A stretch of DNA of 64,000 nt from Phoronis australis (taxonomy: Eukaryota > Animalia > Phoronida): the NCBI GenBank assembly GCA_002633005.1, contig NMRA01000800.1, positions 62,001 through 126,000 on the forward strand, written 5' to 3'. The notes under the pieces were generated by a model. The model was not told where the DNA came from. It ran no database searches and was given only the letters and a program-made list of their open reading frames with translations. A program made the position numbers and the translations under genes. Position 1 is the stretch's first letter, and each line of letters begins with the position of its first letter. Of the stretch, positions 1-12,194 are shown piece after piece.

Positions 1-569
1 TTTATACTAAAATATAACATTTCATCCAGCCATTGCTGCTCATTTATGTTTTTACATCTTTGTTTGAATTCGTCTAAAAACAATTCTTCGTTACCAACTA
101 CTTGACTGACCCAAAAAATACCAAACCAAGCCCTGAAAATTAGGTTTTTAACGCGGAGATCTCAGCTTTCGTGATTTCTTTCTGCAAAGCCATTCTGAGG
201 CAATTTCAACAATTTCAAACAATATTTAATAATCCTAGTAATCCTCTTTGACACCATTGTAAACCTGCCTAGCTCATTCCTACCACGAATTTACCAAATT
301 TATTTTGAATAATCTCGACATTTGGTTAGCGTCAAAACCTGACAATTCCGAACCATACATACAATAGGGCACATTTTAGTATCAAACAGTTGTAACCAAA
401 CATTTACAGCAACACATTTGTATAGTGACATGTACTTTTTCAACAAAAACAAGACTTTTCCAGCCTCATCTGCTGAATCTGACTGTGATATTTGTAACTA
501 ACCTCATCAATGATTTGTTCTCTGTTAATGAACCATTTTTCATAATTACGTAAGTATCCTCCTTAAATA

Positions 570-1737
570 CACTAGATCGCGCAAAACATACAACCCATCC
601 AAAAACAGGAACGTGCCATAGTTCATAAAAATCTGTCAAGGAACTTCTTAGAAACAAAAGAAAACAGAATAAAATGAAATTGCCACTAGTGGGCACAGTG
701 TCCGTTGGATCCGCCTGAAAGTCGTCGTCGTCGTCTGTTGTTATCTTCATATAAATACACTTACTAAATTTAGTAAAGATCCTGCAGTGGGAGAAAAACA
801 AAACTACCACTAGGAGGCGCCACAGTGGTCAGTCATCATCATCAAAGTTCGTCTTCACAATGAGAACATATATGCTAATTTTCAAATGATTTGGTTGATA
901 CAGGGGTAGACACGAAAAACAAGATTTGAAAACAGCAAAAATGGCCACTAGGTGGCGCAAAATACCTTGATTCCATCCAAAAACAGAAAGATAGCGTCAT
1001 AAAACCAATAAAGGTCTATATTTAAAATTTTATGAAAATCTGTCGAGGACCTTTGAAGATACAGAGTTAAACGTAAAAAACTAAAATTGCCACTAGGGGG
1101 CACAGCAGTAGTCAGATAGATCTGTCCGAAAGTCGTCGTCATCCGTTTGTTAACATCATATAAATATACTTACTAAATTTCGTAAAGATCCTGATAACGG
1201 TTTACGAGATACAGACATAGGCGCAAAAAAACTGCCACTAGGAGGCGCCACAGTAGTCGAAATCGTCGGAAAATCATCGTCAACTCAACTGGACTCTTCA
1301 TAGTAAGCACATACATGTACATGCCAATTTTCACAATCATCCTTTGAGCAGTTTGGTTGATAGAGGCCTTGGGCACAAAAACAGACTCAAAAACAGTAAA
1401 TATGGCCACTAGGTGGCGTAAACTATGTCGAATCCACCCGAAAACGGGAGGATAGCGTCATCTCACTAATAGTTGCCTTCCTATCAAATTTCATGAAAAT
1501 CCGTTCAGGACTTTTGAAGCGTAAAAAACTAAAATTGCCACTAGGGGGCTCACCGGTATTTGAATGCGTCCGAAAGTTCGCTCATGCCGTCCCATTTATG
1601 AATGGAACATTTGTGCCAAATTTCATGAACGTACAGTATGTCAAAGGGTTTTGGAGATAGAGCACCGGACGGACGGATGGACGGACAGAGATGACGGCAT
1701 AATGCGTCCACATATAAATATGTGGGCGAATAAAAAT
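570..1737 (+). mobile_element. Helentron-associated (HINE/DINE-1-like) non-autonomous element with an internal ~125-170 bp tandem array
   Basis: Diverged tandem subrepeats each carry CCACTAG(G/T)NGGC. They are followed by a (GGAC)n-type microsatellite (~1667-1688), a short hairpin CCACATAT-AA-ATATGTGG (~1708-1725) and an A-run, the 3' layout typical of HINEs. The 5' boundary is approximate. Confidence 0.6.
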
Positions 1738-2560
1738 AGTCTTCATTTTCTCCAACATTGTTGGTGAAGACACCCTTAAAACTTTCGAACCAATCAATAG
1801 CCGTAATTGCTTCCTTGGCTTCAGCAGAAACCGAAACTTCTTTATATTGCTGTCTTTTGAAGCTAAAGGAAGATCTTTAGTTAAAAATATGGAAAATATC
1901 TTTCTCCGAGCACACATCGATTTGAAATCTTTACGTTTATCTCCATAAATTTGTAAAGAAGCATTGCTGTCATCCCTCCGAATAAATGTCAGACATTATT
2001 TAGTTTCCTTGTTCATTTCTCCAGTCTTCGTCAAACTACTTGTTTTTTAAGTCTTTTGTGTTGGATTTGAGCCATCCCGGCACTTTTCCCACAATATCTT
2101 TTGTGTCACACAAAACACTGACTGCTTCCGTGACTCCGTCCTTTATCTAATAAGCGTGAAATTCACCGACAGTGTTAATTTTGGGTTGAACAATTCTACG
2201 AAATTATTCTTGTTACAATTTTCCATATGAAGGGTAAGTAGTCGAATCAACTCTTTCACCAACGCAAAGATGTGAAACGTCAGTAATGAAAGACTCGTTG
2301 CATAATAAGCAGTTGACAACACTACAACCCTGGCTAGCGAAGCATGCGAACCTATCGATATATTTATAATCGTCAACTCTTCCATTCACAATACGTAACT
2401 GAGTATTTTTACACAAATACAAAAGTTATCGTCCAAAATCGTTACATTCTCTATCTTGTGAAAATCTAGGAATACAATGAAGCACACACATAACGACGGT
2501 TTTATTTCTTGGTTCCTTGGTGGCTCACTGATAAAAAACTGAAACAGTCAGGCAGTTAAG

Positions 2561-2615
2561 CATGGGCGGCGCAGCACTGAAAAAGCCCCCAGCCCCCTAT
2601 GGTGCGCTACCCATG
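2561..2615. mobile_element. 55-bp miniature inverted-repeat element
   Basis: Imperfect 16-bp TIRs CATGGGCGGCGCAGCA / TGGTGCGCTACCCATG, flanked by a near-identical 5-mer TTAAG/TCAAG (candidate TSD). Confidence 0.5.
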
Positions 2616-2868
2616 TCAAGTCAGTTGAGTGTCGAGCTACTGTTAAAGGTATAGTTGAGTTACGCACACCAGTGAAAACAATACTCAAGGTTATGTAGGG
2701 CCCTATGAAATGGGCAAATTTGGCTAACTTCGGAACATCATGTCTCAGGTCAGGTCACGCTTGGCTGTTTAACGGACTTTTGAGTCAAAAACCGGTTAAG
2801 TATCCTTTTTAGGTCACGGACTTGTAGGCTTGCAATCACCAGTGGCCACATGACCTGTCTCTTTTTAG

Positions 2869-3150
2869 CACATCAAGACAAAACCCATAAGTGCTGGCAG
2901 GACGAAAGTTGGCGTCGAATGGGTGCGGAGATTGATGTTGAACAAGTCACGCTTCCAAAGTGTCGCTACGCATGCGGCAATCTCGGATTTACCTTTGCTG
3001 TGTTGGAAAACGGCAACGAATGCAGGTGTTCAGCGAATCCATTCGTAAATGAGTTAAAAAACATAAAAGAGTGCAGCAAAAAATGCGGTCCTACAAATGA
3101 AAATTGTGGAGGATTTTGGAAAGGTTACGTGATATACTCAGAAAGACTCA
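2869..3150 (+). CDS. Host mosaic protein exon: WSC domain
   Basis: Acceptor ctctttttag|, donor |gtaagt, 282 nt, phase 1-1. Translates HKCWQD...LPKCRYACGNLGFTFAVLENGNECRCS...ECSKKCGPTNENCGG, with the 8-Cys WSC pattern (CxxxC, ECxC, CxxxC, CGG). Confidence 0.92.
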
Positions 3151-3321
3151 GTAAGTCATTGTTATGGTTTAAATTTTCCTTTCTCTCTACAACATCAACG
3201 TGTCTCTACCACATTTAACGGGTATAAAACCACCATTTGTTTGGTCGAAAAGTGACAGTAATGTCACCATCAATAGATCTTCTCTTATAACACTCCTAAA
3301 AAATAAGAAAACGAACGTAAT

Positions 3322-4600
3322 GGGGCTATTCGGAGAATTTTCCTCGTGGTGTCGCATCTGTACTAGTGGTGATTGAATTGCGCATGCGTCACGGTCTGCA
3401 TGTAAACAGCTGGTAAAAAGACGGAATTATTATCAAAATACGTCGTCGCGCTAAGCCGTTTTATTGCTGTTTTCCGTGGTGCAAGTCTTTGACAGGTGGT
3501 CACAGTTTCCCAAAAGCCCGAAAGTTACTACATTTGTGGAGAATTGCGGTCAAAAGGGTCAACCAACTGACAAAAAGTGTTTGGATGCCGAAGCCCGGTG
3601 TGTGCTCTTTGCATTTCTATTGGGAGAGTATATACTGTAACATTACTTGGTAAGTTTTTACGAACCATTTTCTATCGACATCGTTCGGTGATGTTATCCT
3701 TACCACTTACCCCACTGAATAACGGGTTTATAGAGTGGAACTAAGTGTTTCTTTTCGGAAACTCACCCGGGACTCGGATGCCCGATGGGCTAGCAGCACA
3801 TATTCACATATTGTCCTTTGTGGGAGTGTGCCCAACATAAGAAGTGTATGGTACGTGACGCTCAGAAGTCAAGGGTGACTTTTTCACGGCAGTTTCTCTT
3901 CAAAACTATGCTATATCCAATAAAATTGTCTAGATGAGTGAGTTTCCTTATTTTATAACGGACCCCACCGCCAGGACTACCAGATTAGCTACAGAATTAA
4001 CATGAATGAGCTATTCACTAAATGTCGTAACATTGCATTGGAATAAAAATTGACACCTAGATTGAATTTCACTTATTGAGATCAGAAGTACATTTTAGGT
4101 GTCATGAAAAATACACATTGTTAAATCACTTTTAGCGTGTTTCGCATATTTTAATTCGGATCTTTAATAAGATTAGGGTACAAAGATTATTAGTTTCTAC
4201 ATAAAAACATGAAGATCAAACGTGAACTATGTTCTGCCTTACATAAGTAGTTTTGTCTTATGGTTTCTTTTATAATTTGCTAATATTTCTCTGACTATTC
4301 TTTTACAGGTGAGAGAAAACGACTGAAACCAGCCCCTTGGCCATCTGTTTTACCTTTGGACAAAGTGAAAGCAATCATTCAGCAATAACTTTAGGAAATT
4401 GAAAATAATTCAGAAATTAGGCCCTTAATATGCCTAATTATGGACTCCGTTGCATTGGGAAAATTACAATTGTTGTTTCTTTGTATGTATGTGGTTGTTC
4501 AGTTTGCCATTTTGTCTTTAAATACACTGATATTTTTTTTTCTCGATTCCTGTGCGTAGCAGATTCTTATTCAGCTAGCTACAATTGAAAACATACTTTT
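3322..4600 (+). mobile_element. ISL2EU-like DNA transposon, 5' fragment with spliced THAP-domain remnant
   Basis: Starts GGGGCTATTCGGAGAAT after AT. 3465-3617 reads CCFPWCKSLTGGHSFPKARKLLHLWRIAVKR...VCSLHF (C2CH THAP). A donor at 3650 and acceptor at 4308 lead to GERKRLKPAPWPSV (AVP-box like). Colinear with the copy at 44890-49413. Confidence 0.8.
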
Positions 4601-5277
4601 CTTGCATGTGGAACTTTTGTTTATAGGCAAAAAAACACAAAACTTAAAATTATTCAAAGGCCTTAAGAAAGCTCTAAAAATAATTACACACACAAACAAA
4701 TCAAATGAAAACAAAAGGAAAACTTCATTTTGATCGCTGCACATTTCTATATGTCAACAGGAAAAAAACAGGAAAATGACAATTCGCATTGAAATAACTA
4801 AGGTAATGGAACAGAATGCAGAGACAGAGAGTTTTAACTGTCAAATGCAGATGTTTATCCCTAAAGTGACAAAAATATTCCGAATGACAGGCACATTCGT
4901 GGGTTGCGCTAACACGATTTTTGACATCTAAGTTAAGGAGTAACAACTGAAATGCCGGCATGATTTTTTGGAACTTGCAACTGGTGGCATTGTATCCTGG
5001 CATTGTTTCACACATCGGTAGGCTCTGTCTTTTTGATCGTGGACTTGCTGTGCAGTCTGGCAGTGGACATTCCTGAGAATATAATGAACTGGAATGAGCA
5101 TTTTAAATTCAATAGAGCTCAACTACATGATTACACCGCAACGCATACATGTGCATAACCACCTATTAAAGTTACCTGTAGGAATGCAAAATTTGATTGT
5201 CCCTGATAAATATAATAAGGCTATCTCTACACATAACTTTTCGATTTGCCGGTAGTAATAGAATGACTTCTTAATCC

Positions 5278-6064
5278 TTAAGGTGAAAAGAAACAGTTTT
5301 GAAAAGTCTTCACCAGGTGACTTTACCTTGAGTGTTCTCGTTGCCGAGAGGCGCACTTGGTATCAGACGTGCGTACAGTCATTGATGTACCTCGGTTGTG
5401 ATAAGTTCGGTCGTCGTTTGCTTTTTTACGTCTCAGTCAACATGCCACACTGTTGCTACGTACCAGGATGTACTCATTATGGCCCAAAGCTTGTAAGTAG
5501 TCCTGCTGCAATGTTGAGTAGTGGGAGTGAATACAGGTCCAGTCAGTGAAGAGTACAGTTCGTCGTTCAATGAACAGATCGGTGATCCAAACTTTGATAA
5601 GTTTATTGTGGACTTGTCTAAAGTATTGGAGCTATTTAGAAGGTGCCAGGTGTCACACGGCGGGTGCAAGCAGTTTGTGTGCTCAGGTCACTATCCAGTG
5701 GGAGTGCGTCGCGATACACTCGGGCAAGTGGGACAGTTGTTCTTCTGTCCGTGAGACGATAATGAGTACATCCCGGTACGCAGCAACAGTGTTCATGTTG
5801 ATTGACTAGTAAACAATAGCAACCGACGACCAAACTTATCACATCCGAGAGAGAACAATGACTGACTCGGCGGCTCTCACAATCATATTATATGAAAATA
5901 AATTGGCGCGAAAAGTTTGCCTCCCAAAACGTCACTTCCGGAGTTGAGAACGAATAATTAATTAAATTACGAAAAGGTGTAATGAAGTGGAAAATATGTC
6001 TGGGATAACCAAAGAATCTTATTTTTGCTAAAAAAGACATGAAAAGTTTTGCCTTTGCCTTTAA
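5278..6064 (+). mobile_element. Kolobok-like transposon remnant
   Basis: THAP-type start MPHCCYVPGC at 5442. KFIVDLSKVLELFRRC...QWEC...H..KWDS resembles the Kolobok transposase N-terminal region. The right end ...TTTGCCT|TTAA fits a TTAA TSD. The left boundary is uncertain. Confidence 0.5.
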
Positions 6065-6283
6065 GTCTTAGTTAACGTCTAGCCAAAGTGACGTGCTCCC
6101 CTTAAAATACATGACAATATCTCACGTAATCTCACGCAAAAGTCTTGCCTTTAAGAGAGGGAGACTGGTAAACCAAACATGTTTTCAAGCATTAACAAAC
6201 TTCTGTTCTCCAATAGTCTAAAACAAGAACCGGTAAGGAAGACGTTGGGACTTGTTCTAGATGTCGTCTTTTTGTCTCCTTAG

Positions 6284-6409
6284 AGCTTGCACCATGCAAG
6301 AATGGAATAGATGTCTTTGAATGCGGGGGGGTATGTGTGACGATGGCATCTCTGTGCGACCATGACAGAAACTGTCCCCGCGCCCAAGACGAAGACAACA
6401 GTATGTGTG
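6284..6409 (+). CDS. Host mosaic protein exon: LDL-receptor class A repeat 1
   Basis: Acceptor tttgtctccttag|, donor |gtaagt, 126 nt, phase 1-1. LAPCKNGIDVFECGGVCVTMASLCDHDRNCPRAQDEDNSMC has six Cys and CD..xC....DE. Not in the ORF track because it is too short. Confidence 0.9.
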
Positions 6410-7518
6410 GTAAGTAAACGTTGGCGAAATGATCCCTCCAAATTTTATTTTATTTTAAGTAGTTTAAAGACGTAGCTGCACGTTTATTAGGTTACTTAAA
6501 GTATGTTAATCGAAGCCATCAGTACATAAAAGGACACCAGGAAACATCATGGTACCATAATTCCGTATGAATGCAGACACACAACTCTATCGGGATCAAA
6601 GCTACGCTTTATCTTTGTTTTCCACGGCATCTTTCTATCATATGTATAAGTCGTTGACGCAATATTGTGGTGACTCGGTAGGCCGATATATATGGAGCTG
6701 TTCTGTACTTGGCGGGAGATGCGATTTGATTGACAGCCCCGTAACCTTTGACCTCGGATAAGTAGTAAACAAATATCCAGGTGGTTGGTTGCGTGGTTCC
6801 AAGGCGCACCCCGGGCAACCAGCGATCGGGAACGCCCGGAAAGCGATCGAGAACGAGACCCTGCACCAAAAATTGCAGACGACAATGATGTAAATGGTGA
6901 GTTTAAGTGTCATTTTCTTCTTAAATAGAGGTTACTTTGGTACAAATGGGACACACAGAAAAGCGTTATGGATATGAAATAATACTTGGCTTTGCTTATT
7001 TTTTAAAATAAAGTGCCCAGAAAGCAATGGCTTACAGTAAAATGCCTTGCGCCTCGTAAAATCAACAGTTTGTACTTGTTACTAGCAATTCCAGGGTTCT
7101 TGAGTAGAGACGTGTGATGTTTATAGTTTAATCGTCCCTCGTGACACATTTGTTAGATATAATTTGTGAAACAATTCAAGATATTTACCAATGCAAGCAG
7201 GACCTTGTGAGAGACGGCGATCAAGAACCCAAAAAGCGATCTGGAACGCACATTTATTTCTCTGCATTGGCTTGAATAGTCGTTCAAGGTACGGTATAAA
7301 TAATTTTAGAATAATACGGACCCTAAATTAGTTGTTGGGCTGATTATCAATTATATTTTATCTTTTTTCGTGATTTCTTTGTGAGATTTAGCTTAACAAA
7401 CCTATATAACTGAATGCGTTTGATTTTTTCAGTTGAACTGTAGCCACACGAAGAGTCCTGCAGGGTGTTAACCTCCACGCATTTAAAAAATAGTACCAGT
7501 GCTTCATGTCATAAAGAA

Positions 7519-7586
7519 GTGTGTGTGTGTGTGTTTGTGTGTGTATGTGTGTGTGTGCGTGTGTGTGTGTGTGTGTGCGTGNNNNN

Positions 7587-7635
<49 letters not shown>
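7519..7635. repeat. (GT)n microsatellite containing an assembly gap
   Basis: Read directly; Ns at ~7582-7585. Confidence 0.97.
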
Positions 7636-7636
<1 letters not shown>

Positions 7637-7673
7637 GTGGAGCTTCGTTCAGGAACTAAGAAATCGACTTAGT

Positions 7674-7739
7674 ACGACCACATGGCAATAAAACACAGTG
7701 AGACTAACGACCACATGGCAATAAAACACAGTGAGACTA
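7674..7739. repeat. Perfect 33-bp tandem duplication
   Basis: ACGACCACATGGCAATAAAACACAGTGAGACTA x2. Confidence 0.9.
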
Positions 7740-10700
7740 CAGCAAGCAAGACCTTCACCAGCCCTGTGATTGACGCGTTGCATGGGTCAAAAGTGTTTTA
7801 CTGATAAAAGAAAACACAACATGAACCAAGTCGATTCAGTGTCCTATCTGTGATCAGTGATTAACGGAAAGAGTAAGCCTGACGAGGCACATTTCGTCAC
7901 AGCACGAGGACACTCTTTTTGTGGTGAATGTGGCATGTGATGCAAACGGTATGCCTCCTACAGGCATAAGAAGGCGAAACGTAACGAACGAAACCATTAA
8001 ATCCAGTGGTGAAGGTTGTTAAGTCACCATAGTTTATTCAGATTTACAGTTTATGGTTGGTAGTTGTCTGGTGTGACAGTATCTTAACGTTTTGTTTTGA
8101 ACCTTTTTACCTCAAGTTGCTTTCTATGTGTTTGTGTTATTTCAACAGCACCTTTAACAGAACCAGTGTCTTTATGTAGTGTTTAAGTAGATTTAAATGG
8201 CCATACTAAATGTCATTGGGCAATACTTACATACAATTGTTCTGACCAATTAGTATTTTAAAAGAAAATGTATGTCTATGATTATTGAAGAAATTATTTT
8301 CATATTGTTGTTGATTTCCTGTGAGTGGCTTATACTGTCAATCAGTCCGAAATACATTGTCTATGATTCAGTAATGATTTAGTCTAATACATTTCATTTG
8401 CTGTTACAATTTTGCAAGAAGATTCGACATTCGCTTTCATCTGATGCAAAAATCTGTTTAAGCTGGCTGACACGCCACATGGAACAACTCCTGGGCGAGT
8501 CTTCAGTTTAGAGCCCCTTGTTCCCAGTGGTTTCCTCTAAAAGTAGATGTCTTTATTTTAAAACCCTGGTAGGGTATACCTTCACATCGTGGGTAACATA
8601 GTCGTTGAAGCTCGCCTGACAATAACAGTGAACTTGTTCCCTGACATGAAAACAAATTCATTTGTAAAAATATCAATAACTAAAATAATATGCTTGATGT
8701 ACATGTAGTGCTCATGGCGATTTAATGTTCATATGCTATGCTATTGTTAAATTTTGATACGAAAGTAACAAAGTAATGAAGCAAATGTGATTAATTCTTT
8801 GCTCTACACTTACTTTGTAACCTTTTTCACGTTTTATAAGTAAAAAGTTCATTATTGTTCGACGCATCACGATGCGTTCTCGATAGCCTAAACAAACACA
8901 AATTTGCGTTCCCGATCGCTTATATTTGCGTTCGCGATCGCATCTTTCAACAGAAAAGAGTAAAAAAATCCGAGATTCTGAAAAAACTACAAAAAACAAG
9001 CGTTGCGTTATATTTTCACAAGTCATTTCTTCATAACTTCATGGTCAATTTATTGATTTAGTTCCAAAAATAAATGTAAAGCACCTTCGGCTCATGCGAT
9101 GCCTCGGTCAACCTAACTTTTCTCCAATAATTAGATGACTCTAGCCTAAACCTCTACCTGTCCTTGCTCAATGTATTACGCCAAGAACTCATGTCTCTGT
9201 TTTCACATTGGAAGTAAAAGCAACGAAAATTCATCAAATTTACTCACCTTGCCTGGCTTCGGTTCTCGCGCTAAATTTCGTTCTCGATCGCCTTCCGGGC
9301 GCTCTCGATTGCCTTCCGGGCGCTCTCGATCGCGGGTTGGCCGGGTGCGGTGGTTCTGCTAAGTCTTTTTAAAAACTGCTGGACCTTTGATTGGCGCATT
9401 TGCTACAAAGAGGGACAAGATAAAATTTGGCAGGCAAATGAAACGAAAGATTTTACTGTACTGTAATATCTATGCTTACATACAGTAAGCCGTTAACTTG
9501 ACGGTGTTTCTGTTCGTACCTATTTCTGGTGACGTTTCGAGCCGTTGCCAAGAACAACGGGATAGATGCAGGTATACTTATTGACATGCCTGACAACGTG
9601 ATGGTGTTGAAATGGAAATTTTCATAGCTGAGGTGCATGAATGCATTGTCAATATCGTTTGCCGTCGTTACGACAAAGGGTTTAGACACTCTGGGTAATA
9701 CACGTAATATGTTTTTGCATGCAAATTTTACTTCCCCTGCAATATACACACCATTCGGCTTGTAAGTGTGGCACATCACGGTTGCTTAATTTTTGTTTTT
9801 TCTCTGTAGTATGAGTACTTGTTTTTTCACTGTTCCTTCTCTTTATTTTGTTGAATTAACTTCTTCCAGAATCCAACAGATATACAAGTTGTACTTAGTT
9901 GTGTAAGAATTTAATCTTGCTTTTTGAGAATATGGATTGGCAAGGTTTTGAATGGAAAGATCACATCCTTTATTTTACATTTGGCTTTTTATAACTTACT
10001 GATAAGGCCAGGTTGGTACGGTGGTTTTCAGGGGAGTGACATACATCCAGTGTATCTGTGATGTACTTTCTTGTTGATTTGTCGTATTATTTTGTAGGTG
10101 TTGTAATGTTGTAGGTGTGCGTGTGTGGTGAATGGGTGTGTATACTAAATGGTCGATTATAACTTAGATTACTGTAGAAGCAGCTATGGTTAGTATTCTG
10201 TCAAGGAATTGCAGAGGATTTCTGGAAGCTTTCAAGAGAAAGATGTACTCAATTATGCATGTATTCAAAAATATTCAATTTACTGTCTCCAGGATACCCA
10301 CTTCGAAGAGAGTGACCTAAATTTCGTAAGAAGCCAATGGGGATTTGAGTGTTACATGAATTGTTGTAAAAGTAATTCAAAGGGATTCTGTACATTATTT
10401 AGTTATAAGTTTGAGTATGAAATCAAAAAAGAGAGCCGGGATCACAATGGAAACTACCTAATTTTAGAGATGCTCGTCGAAAAAGAAACCCTAATCACTA
10501 TTGTTAACGCTTAGGGCACCAGTACAGATAGCCCGAATTTGTATGAGAATTTAAAAAGTATTACAGATGGACTAAATTCTGATTTTTGTATTTCTTTTGA
10601 AGATTGGGGCTTGGTCCAGGATTTTCCTGCAGATTGTTATAATTACACGAACAAATAATAACAATACGACCATGGATAAAGTTTTGGAAATAATGGAAGA

Positions 10701-11235
10701 GCTTTCACTAGTTGATCCTTGGAGAATATAAAATCATTCGCAAAAAACTATACTTGGATGAGAAAACCGTAATTAAAATGGTCAGGCTTGATTTTTTTCT
10801 AAGTAGTAAAGAATTACAGTCTTGTATAGAGAAAGTGGACATTTTTTTCAGGCTACAGAATAATTGTTCTGGTTTTTTTAGACTTACGTTTCTCTAGCTT
10901 TACCAAGGGCGGTTCTTTAATAATACACTTTTTAAAGATGACGAATATACTAAAGCAGCGAAAGAAGTTATTCATAAAAAGAAAGATACGTGCGCTCATT
11001 TTCCTTATAATGGGGACAACATATCAAAGATTTCTCCAGATATATTTTCTATAAGTTATCAATTATTTCTTGAAATATTGTGACACAATATTAAAAGTAC
11101 GACAATTCCGTATAGTGTCTACAAAAAGAAAATCAGGGTAAGGAGATCGGCGTATTTAGAAAATGAAATAAAACTTCCATACGAGACTATCAGCTGGTTT
11201 TGATGCAAATTTGAAAAAGCGTTTAAATGACTGAC

Positions 11236-11535
11236 CAGGGGCGAATCCATGATTTTGATTTAAGGGGGCCAGGGCACAGGAATAACCAGAATTTCAGCAG
11301 ATGCGCGCGCCCAGCCTCAAATGTGGGGATGCAGGGGCCTCGAATATCTGGGCTTGCGGACCTGTTGACTAAAAAAATGGTAAACGGTGTTTCTTCACGG
11401 CGTATGCATTGTTTATTCACCCCCTGGTTTAGCCCATGTGCTAGTCAGAGCTTCGCACCCGAACTCCCAAATGGTATCTGGTAGAATTTTAGGGGGCATG
11501 GCCCCCTTGGCCCCTTCCCCCTAAATCCGCCACTG
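11236..11535. mobile_element. MITE with CAG(G/T)GGCG(A/G)AT termini inserted in the L1/Tx1
   Basis: Left CAGGGGCGAATCC, right AAATCCGCCACTG, flanks CTGAC/CTGCC (imperfect 5-bp TSD). Confidence 0.7.
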
Positions 11536-11562
11536 CTGCCAACAAGAACTGGAGGATTTTCG

Positions 11563-11900
11563 AGATTGTTCTAAAACCTACTCAACCTCCTCGACCTCCA
11601 TAGACCATGACCCTCTCGACCTACCACCCACAACCCCTTCGACCCACGACCCGTCGACCCACGAACCACTACCCCCTCTACCCAGTCTACAAAAGCTAGA
11701 CTCGATATGAACGTACAGTAGAACAAGCGCTAACTTGTAGGACCAATGAAATGGGTCGTGAGCTCGGCTGACTCTTCCCTGGTGTTTTTGCAATTAAGAG
11801 AGTTGATTCGGAAAAATTGAAAGCTAAAAGCAGAAAAAGCAACTCGACCAAATCAAATCAAAGACCTACCAACGTTACAAATGTCTTTCCCGGCAGAGTG
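11563..11900. repeat. Interspersed repeat; inverted homologue at ~34400-34666
   Basis: Shares GATTGTTCTAA..., TTGCAATTAAGAGAG, ACCAAATCAAATCAAAGACCT(A/T)CCAACGTTACAAATGTC and GACCCACGACCC-type subrepeats with the reverse complement of 34400-34666. Confidence 0.7.
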
Positions 11901-12194
11901 TAATCGTCGGGTCCGCTCTTCAGTGAATGGCATATTCAACCTTTTGTGCGGAGAATGCGAGAAACCAACAAAACTGTATTTTAATCAGTAAATACAGTTT
12001 GAAAAAAGAAACTGTTAACTAAAAAGTATTTCAACGTTTTACGAAGTAAAAATTACCTGAAACACTGTTGTTGTGTGCTGTTTCTCCAAGTGCTGTCATC
12101 AACTAGAATGCATCTTCATCGATAATTTCGACTCCTAATCTAGAATCATCTCGGATGCCGGGTCCCCGAAGTTGATCAGGCTTCGGTCATCACT

